A stretch of DNA of 63,159 nucleotides, counting the filler, from Octopus bimaculoides (Eukaryota), in the NCBI RefSeq assembly GCF_001194135.2. It is 4 parts of 4 records of this genome, joined end to end, with 100 filler letters (N's around TTAATTAATTAA, not from the genome) between each part and the next. Parts side by side here need not be neighbours in the genome. Positions count along the whole stretch, not along the records: positions 54,002 to 63,159 come from NC_069001.1; 3 more parts are not named here. The stretch is one strand, 5' to 3'. The notes below the pieces were generated by a model, which was given only the letters and a program-made list of their open reading frames with translations, had not been told where the DNA came from and searched no databases. Position 1 is the stretch's first letter. The number at the start of each line of letters is the position of its first letter. The position numbers were made by a program, and so were the translations under genes. Of this stretch, positions 55,865 to 63,159 are shown piece after piece.

Positions 55865-56041
55865 ATGTCCCAAATGCACCTCTGAAGAATCTTGATGCTC
55901 CATCATTTTCTACCTTCTTCAAGATGTCTGTAGATAATACAGCATCTGATAAGAGTTCTAAAAGTGAGAAGAATTTAGTTGGCTCCAGTTTGGCTGGGAA
56001 GTTACCAAATAATAAAAGAAAGAAGAACGAGAAACATGTTT
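55865..56041 (+). CDS. ATAD5: ATAD5/ELG1 internal exon (linker between Walker A and Walker B regions)
   Basis: ctttcag|AT GTC CCA...CAT GTT T|gtgagt; 177 nt, open, phase 1 to 1; DVPNAPLKNLDAPSFSTFFKMSVDNTASDKSSKSEKNLVGSSLAGKLPNNKRKKNEKHV. Assigned by phase compatibility with the next exon and weak similarity to ATAD5 PKTLANYFKV. Confidence 0.7.
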
Positions 56042-58238
56042 GTGAGTTGTTTTAGTTTACTCAGAATGTGTGTGTGTGTCTGTATATGTACATAAGTGTG
56101 TCTATATGTACATGATGTATATATGTTCATGTGTATATGACTGTGAAGAAGAGAGGTAAAACCAATTGAATCAGTTCAGGATGTTACATGTATTTTTTTT
56201 GTGTTTGTTTTTAGTGACCTTGGAAGATTGGAAAGTAAAACTTAATTATATTAGGATTTAGACATGAGCGTAATCGTTACCAGTGTCGCCTTCTAGCACT
56301 TGTGCTGGTGGCACGTTAGAAAATCATTCGAGCGAGGTCGTTGCCAGTGCCGCTGGACTGGCTCCCGTGCAGGTGGCACGTAAAAAACACCTTTTGAGCG
56401 AGGCCATTGCCAGTACCGTGTGACTGGCCCTCGTGCCGGTGGCATGTAAAAGCACCCACTACACTCTCAGAGTGGTTGGCGTTAGGAAGGGCATCCAGCT
56501 GTAGAAATTCTGCCAGATCAGATTGGAGCTTGGTGCAGCCTTCTGGCTTGCCAGTCTTCAGTCAAATCGTCCAACCCATGCTAGCATGGAAAGTGGGCGT
56601 TAAACGATCATGGTGATGATGTATATGTATGTGCATATACAAGTGTGTACTTGGTGTATGTGTATAAAATTCATGTTCACTTAAAGTTGGTCAGCTCCTG
56701 TCTAGAACAGATCTATGATCGAAAGTATTTCAGCTGTGACTTTATATATACTTGGTTCTTTGTTGTACTCAAGAAGTCCTGTCCTCCACAGCAGAAGTGT
56801 TAATGCTACTCCCTCTGCTGAAGAGGATTGGCCTGCAAGAGTCTTGTGCTGGTGCCAAGTAAAAGCACCTGTGCTAGTGCCACGTAAAAATATCACTTTT
56901 TGAAAATGAATTTTTGTAAATATTTAAATGTACTGTACTATTTCTTAGAGAGAATCCAAAAAAAAAGAAACATTTTGATATTGCGTTTGGGAAATTTGAA
57001 TGAATATTTTACGAAATATGACAATTTGAATGGTCAACAAATTGGTCGAAATTTTGCCTAATTTGTATAAATGTAGCTATATTTGTGTGATGTCATATTT
57101 TTGAAACTGAGGTGACAGCTTCAAATTACACAAGTGACCATGGTATAGTAGTTGCCTAATTTTTTTTTCAGGTTCTTGGAAAGAAAACATTTTTGGCAAT
57201 ATTTTAGATATTGGTGCAGGTGTGGCTGTGTGGTAAGAAGCTTACTTCCAGACCACATGGTTCTGGGTTCAGTCCTACTGCATGGTACCTTGAGCAAGTG
57301 TTGTGTATTATAGCCTTGGGCTGACCAAAGCCTTGTAAGTAGATTTGGTAGATGGAAACTGAAAGAAGCCCGTTATATATTTATGTATATATTTATGTGT
57401 GTGTGTTTGTGTGTCTCTCCCCACCCCCATTGCTGGACAACCGATGTTGGTGTCCTTGTAACTTAGTGGTTCAGCATAAGTGACTAATAGAATAAGTACC
57501 AGGCTTACAAAGAATAAATCCAGGGGTTACCTATTTTGTTACATGTCACAAATAGTTGCTTTTTTGCAATGTCTTCAGACCTAGCTAAATCCAAAGCTTC
57601 AAGCCACAGGAACTTGAGTTTTGGCACATTTATAATAGGTATGGGGTTGATAAATTGTGAGACATGACAGCATTTCCATAAAAAATTAATTACTCTATTA
57701 AAAATGTCTATAAATGGTGGAATTTCAGACCAGGACTCCCACATAAATTGGGTTTTCTGTTTTGATGGGGAGTTTCCCTATTTTTTTTTTCTCACCATGG
57801 CCTTGAAAATTACGAAAATAAAAATTTGAGAAAATTTGTGGCTTTTTTTTTCATCCCCATCCCCAGACTGATTTAGGCCAATTTTTTTGGCACTTAGCAT
57901 TTAAAAAGCAATTNNNNNNNNNNNNNNNNNNNNNNNNNNNNNNNNNNNNNNNNNNNNNNNNNNNNNNNNNNNNNNNNNNNNNNNNNNNNNNNNNNNNNNN
58001 NNNNNNNNNNNNNNNNNNNNNNNNNNNNNNNNNNNNNNNNNNNNNNNNNNNNNNNNNNNNNNNNNNNNNNNNNNNNNNNNNNNNNNNNNNNNNNNNNNNN
58101 NNNNNNNNNNNNNNNNNNNNNNNNNNNNNNNNNNNNNNNNNNNNNNNNNNNNNNNNNNNNNNNNNNNNNNNNNNNNNNNNNNNNNNNNNNNNNNNNNNNN
58201 NNNNNNNNNNNNNNNNNNNNNNNNNNNNNNNNNNNNNN

Positions 58239-58300
58239 GTGTAGTGGTTAAGACCACAGGCTACTAACCCCAAGATCCCGAGTTTGATTCCACGCAGTGA

Positions 58301-58339
<39 letters not shown>

Positions 58340-58486
58340 CAACAACAACACTGAAAAATACCTTAGGAATGAGAACCCAGGTTTGAAATTTCCCCAAGAC
58401 ACCTGATGAAGGCTGGAGGGTATATCAGCCAAAACGTGTCAGCAACAAACAAGATGAGGACAAATATCTGTCAAATGTAAATAATA
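58239..58486 (+). mobile_element. Family D SINE, second copy
   Basis: GTAGTGGTTAAGACCACAGGCTACTAACCCC..(AAT)n..GACACCTGATGAAGGCTGGAGGGTATATCAGCCAAAACGTGTC. Confidence 0.75.
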
Positions 58487-59057
58487 AAAATACCTTGTGG
58501 TATTTCTTTTTGCTATTTACATCCAAAGTTCAAATTCTGCTTAAGTCAATTTTACTTTTTATCCCCGCAAGGACAATAAAATAAAGTACCAGTTTAATAC
58601 TGAGGTTCATGTAATCAAAGTTACACACCCTCCCATTAAAACATCAGGTTTTGTGCCTGTAGTAGTCACTATCATAATTATGTTTGGGAATGTTTTTGTT
58701 TTTTGCCAATTAACCATGCACTATATACTTGTTCTTCACTTCAGTTTTTCATTGATCTTATTTTAGTGCCCTTTATTGGAAATCATTTGACACACCCTGT
58801 AACCTCTTCAGCTATATGGGATGGAGAGTCACTGGAGAGGTCACAGGATGTGTGAGACAAAAGATTTCAGACGAAGGACACTAAAATAAGAATAATGAAA
58901 TTGAAGTGAAGAACAAGTATGTAGTACGTGTGGTCGCTTGGCAAAAAACAGACAAGTATAACAAAATCTGTTTCAGCACATGATTTCACATCAGGTATCT
59001 TGCAAGACAAATACATAAATGTAACCATAATCGTGATTTTTTTTTTTTTTAAATTAG

Positions 59058-59227
59058 TGCCTGTCAAAAATACAATACCACGTTGTGTTCTGCGAAAATC
59101 CTCTGAGACTGGTTCTTGGAAGAAAATCGACTTTGTTGACACCAACTTAAACAACTCCCTCAGTTCTTCTGATAAGGTTTCCAATCGACTCAACATTGCC
59201 AGTACATCTCTCATTCTTTTTGATGAA
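59058..59227 (+). CDS. ATAD5: ATAD5/ELG1 internal exon ending in Walker B (SLILFDE)
   Basis: poly-T aaattag|TG CCT GTC...TTT GAT GAA|gtaagt; 170 nt, phase 1 to 0; ...NRLNIASTSLILFDE matches ATAD5 ATSLILFEE. Confidence 0.88.
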
Positions 59228-59384
59228 GTAAGTACGTTTCAATATTATTTATTATATTCTGCTGAAGTTGACTTTCCCTTTCATCTTTTCATGGTTGATA
59301 AGTACCAGTTGAACACTGGGGTTGATGTAATCAACTTACCCCCTCCCTCCAAAGAGTGTACTGGGTACTTCTAACATGACACCA

Positions 59385-59680
59385 GCACGTATCAATTCTG
59401 TTGTGGCAGACGGGTCTTCTTGCGTACAGCAATGTGCCAGATGTCCTCAGTCATGCCTTTTGAGATCAGCCTTCATTACTTTGTCCCACATCTTCCTAGG
59501 TCTCCCTCTTCCACAAGTTCCATCCACTTTGTGATTGGCACTTCTGTATACAACTGTCAACATCCATACATATCACATGACCAAACTAGCGCAGTCTTCT
59601 CTCTTGCACACTGCATCTAATTCCTCTTATGCCCAACTTTCCCCTCAAAACACTAACTCTCTGCCACACATGTACCCTGT
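59385..59680 (-). mobile_element. RTE LINE 3' fragment
   Basis: Same sequence family as 48170-48380 and 55140-55400. Confidence 0.6.
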
Positions 59681-61163
59681 GCATATTCTGATTTACAAAT
59701 CCTATCATTTGATTTTACTTTGGGAAACAACAAGGGTGGAGTGGTTACTTCACCTTTTAGAAATTGTAACCAAATCTCCCTCAAATTACACTTTATCATC
59801 ATGAATAAAAAACATGTTGGATAATGTAATCTTCAATTCCCTGCACATAAAAAAGATGAGAGTGTCATGGCTAGAATGTCTTTGATCATGGTTGATGTAG
59901 AGCTAAACAGCATCACTACCAGTCATTTTCTGGGGGATTGATGAAGTAAGTACCAGTTAAGTACTGGGGTTGATATCTTCAACAGCCTCCCCTCCTGCAT
60001 TTTGTGGCCTTGTATCAATGGTAACAATATTCATATGTAATAAGGCAGACTGGTTAGCAAAGTTGTCAGAATGCTTTGCAGTATATATTCTGAGTTCAGA
60101 TATTACCCAGGTCAACTTTAGCTTTCATCCTCCTTCGGTCGATAAATGAAGTACCTCTCTGGGCCCCTGTGGATTAGTGAAATCGACAAGAACATTGGAC
60201 AGGATACTTTCTTCTAGTATTTATTATGGCTCTTTGCATCAATGAGTTCAAATCTTGCTGTGGCTTGCATGTGTTGTGGATCAAAACTATCTGCTGGTTT
60301 GACACTTTTACATGGCCTTTGGGTACCTCTAGCAGAATTTACTCTGTTAGAAGCTTTCAAACCAGGTCTTCAGCTGGCTCAGAATATTCAGAACGTATTT
60401 GTTTCTAGGGAGACTAAGTCAAGTTGAAACACTGTCTACTAATCCACTGGCATTCTGAGGGGGAAAAACCTGTATTTTTTTTTTTTAACACTAAATCCTT
60501 TTCAGAGGTTTCTTTGAGAAAAAATATTACAGCTAGTGCCATTCTGTTCGAAAATACATATTGTTAATGTTCTACTCAGTAGTATTTTAATTTTTTGGAG
60601 TTATTTGCAGTTTAGCTCTAAAAAACAGTAAGGAATGTATATACATCCACACACACATTATTATTTATGTCATGGAATATATTTTAAAATAAATTGTGAA
60701 GTCTTCAAAAAAGCAATTTTTCCAAATACTCGCAACTATATAACATTAAATATATAAATATAGCACAGGCCGTCAGAAATTCCAGGTTGGTGCCTGGTGT
60801 GCTGGAGGACCACTGGTGGTAAGGTACTCCTTAGCTTTTGTTAAAGCATGTCTCTAGAACCCACTTCAAAACCAGGCTATGTCTGCTTCAATAACCAACA
60901 GTGACTTGGTCAATAATCAATGGCAAGATGAGCTGCTATGGATCACACTATCTCAAAGTGTGTATGCATGTGATATGAGACCACTTGTGAACTTGTATTC
61001 CCACCGAAACTCCTGAACACGAACTCTTACACTTCAACAAGATGAACTTGTTGGTTGAAGCTGGTTTAACCCACCTTGGGTGTGAATGCCACTGCTAGTA
61101 CCAGTAAGTACAACTATTTAAATATGATTCTGTAGGTTGGTCTTTTATATTTGTTAATTTCAG

Positions 61164-61322
61164 GTTGATATTGTATTTGAGGAAGACAAAGGGTTTTGGA
61201 CAGCCATTCTTCAATTTATGTCTTCTACCAAAAGACCCATTATTTTGACTTCTACGTCGGCAGACTTCAGCGAACAATTTACTGGGTCCTGTGAGCCACT
61301 ACATTTTCACACGCCATCTACA
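61164..61322 (+). CDS. ATAD5: ATAD5/ELG1 AAA+ exon following Walker B
   Basis: tttcag|GTT GAT...TCT ACA|gtaagt; 159 nt, phase 0 to 0; VDIVFEEDKGFWTAILQFMSSTKRPIILTSTSADFSEQFTGSCEPLHFHTPST matches ATAD5 VDVIFDEDAGFLNAIKTFMATTKRPVILTTSD...FSTPS. Confidence 0.93.
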
Positions 61323-63159
61323 GTAAGTATGTTCCAAAGATAGTTTTTAGCAAAGAATTATATACTCCAGTGTCTATAAAATAGGTTGACTTGAAAGTAT
61401 ATTCTCTCAGTATTCTTAACTCTTTAATATGTAAACCAGCCAAAATATTCCAGCTCTTTTATGCTAACCCTACAATATCATTCTCAAAATTATCTCCTCT
61501 AAATCTCATAGCTACAAGATAATGCATGGTTAATTCAAAGCAATGTTAATGACTAAGCAAATACATTTGACAAAGAAATCTGAAACACAAGGATTAATCT
61601 TTTAGTGGTTTCAGTATCTGTAAAATATGTTGACTTGAAAGTATATTCTCTCAACATTTTATTCTTTTCTGTTATGGCCATGCTGGAGCACTGCCTTTTA
61701 TTTTATTACACCTCTCCTTCTTGCTGTTTTATCTGTTGCCTCTTTTATCAGCATTGTAAATAAACACAAGCAAAGTTGATTTAGATGATTTGAGTGTAAA
61801 GTGACATAACTGAGGTGGAAAGAAATACCACAAGGTATTTTTGTTAGACGCATCAATTTCTCTGTTCCATTGTGACATTCACACTTCCTTCACAACCATA
61901 TGGTTTCAGGTTCAATCTTACAGCACAACATCTTCAGTAAGTAATAGGCAAAATCTGTGCAGAAACCCTTTGTGTATGTTTGTGTGCGACCCAGTTTTAG
62001 AAAACCTTGGTCTTTCAGTCATCTGAAAAATATATAGGTAATTAATTTGATAGATATATAAGTGTGTGGGTGTATATATATATATATATATCATCATCAT
62101 CATTTAACATCTGTTGTCCATGCTGGCATGGGTTGGATGGTTTGACCGGGGCTGGTAAGCTGGAAGGCTGCACCAGACTCCAGTCTAATTTGGCATGGTT
62201 TTCTACGGCTGGATGCTCTTTCTAATGCCAACCACTCTGAGAGTGTAATGGGTGCTTTTATGTGCCATTTGCATGACACCAGTATCTGTTATGACTGATT
62301 TTGCTTGGCTTGATAGGTCTTCTTTTTATGTACAACATAATGCCAAAGGTCTCAATCATTGCCTCTCTGAGGCCCAACACTCGAAAGGAACTCAGCCTCT
62401 TTACCTCTGTGAGGCCCAATGCTTGAAAGGAGCTCTTTATGTGCCACCAGCATGGGTGCCAGTTATGTGACACCAGCATTGACCATGACAATGATTTCAC
62501 TTGGCTTGATAGGTCTTCTCAAGCACAGCATATCGTCAAAGGTCTCCGTCACATATACACACGCACAAGGGGGTGCTGAACAGTTTCTGGTTTTGAGGAT
62601 ATTGTGGAAGGCCTGGTTGGAGGCCCAACCTTCCAAGTTCTTTTACAAGGTTTAGAAAAACTGAATGACCTCTGCAATAAGTGTGTGAATCTGAGAAGGA
62701 ATACATTGAATAAAATCGTAATTAACTGATCCTCCTGTATTTTCTTTTACCCAAAGCCAGGAACTTTTTAGCACCCTGTTGTGTGTGCGTGTGTGTGTGT
62801 GTGTGTGTGTATCATCATCATCATTTAATGTGTGTTATCCATGCTGGCATGGGTTGGATGGTTCGACTGGGCTGGCATACTGGAAGGCTGTACCAGACTC
62901 CAGTTTGATTTGACATGGTTTTCTACGGTTGGATGCCCTTCTTAATGCCAGCCACTCTGAGAGTGTAATGGGTGCTCTTACATACCAATTTCTGTGAAAC
63001 CAGTATCTGCTATGGCTGCAATTTTGCTCGGCTTGATGGGTCTTCTTCTCAAGCACGACATAATGCCAAAGGTCTCACTCATTGCCTCCATGGGGTCCAA
63101 CACTCGAAAGGAACTCAACCACTTTGCTTCCTTGAGACCCAACACTTGAAAGGAACTCA

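Noticed and set aside
55865-59227. Assigning these exons to the MELK C-terminal region
   Set aside because: They splice in frame to SLILFDE|VDIVFEEDKGF..TKRPIILTS, which is the ATAD5 AAA+ Walker B region.

Overview
AT-rich, microsatellite- and SINE-dense animal genomic DNA. The repeat families resemble the tRNA-derived SINEs and RTE LINEs of octopus; the species assignment is my inference. The window is four scaffolds joined by identical 44N-TTAATTAATTAA-44N linkers: 1-23681, 23782-46742, 46843-53901 and 54002-63159. Recognisable host-gene sequence is limited to two + strand MELK kinase exons (51739-51824, 53814-53882) and three consecutive + strand ATAD5/ELG1 exons (55865-56041, 59058-59227, 61164-61322). 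The rest is mostly decayed mobile DNA: a HERO-like non-LTR RT fragment, RTE LINE pieces, two Penelope-like GIY-YIG fragments with inverted structure, a FLYWCH-MULE remnant, a mariner fragment, MITEs and at least four SINE families. The most notable observations are a hammerhead-ribozyme-like core in a tRNA-headed SINE, missing catalytic-core exons between the two MELK exons, a CCAAT/E2F/CHR promoter-like patch next to internal ATAD5 exons, a perfect 88-bp fold-back, and a 73/71-bp alternating minisatellite. Almost all ORF-track entries are microsatellite or N-gap artefacts. Repeat boundaries are read by eye and are approximate unless TSDs or splice sites are given.
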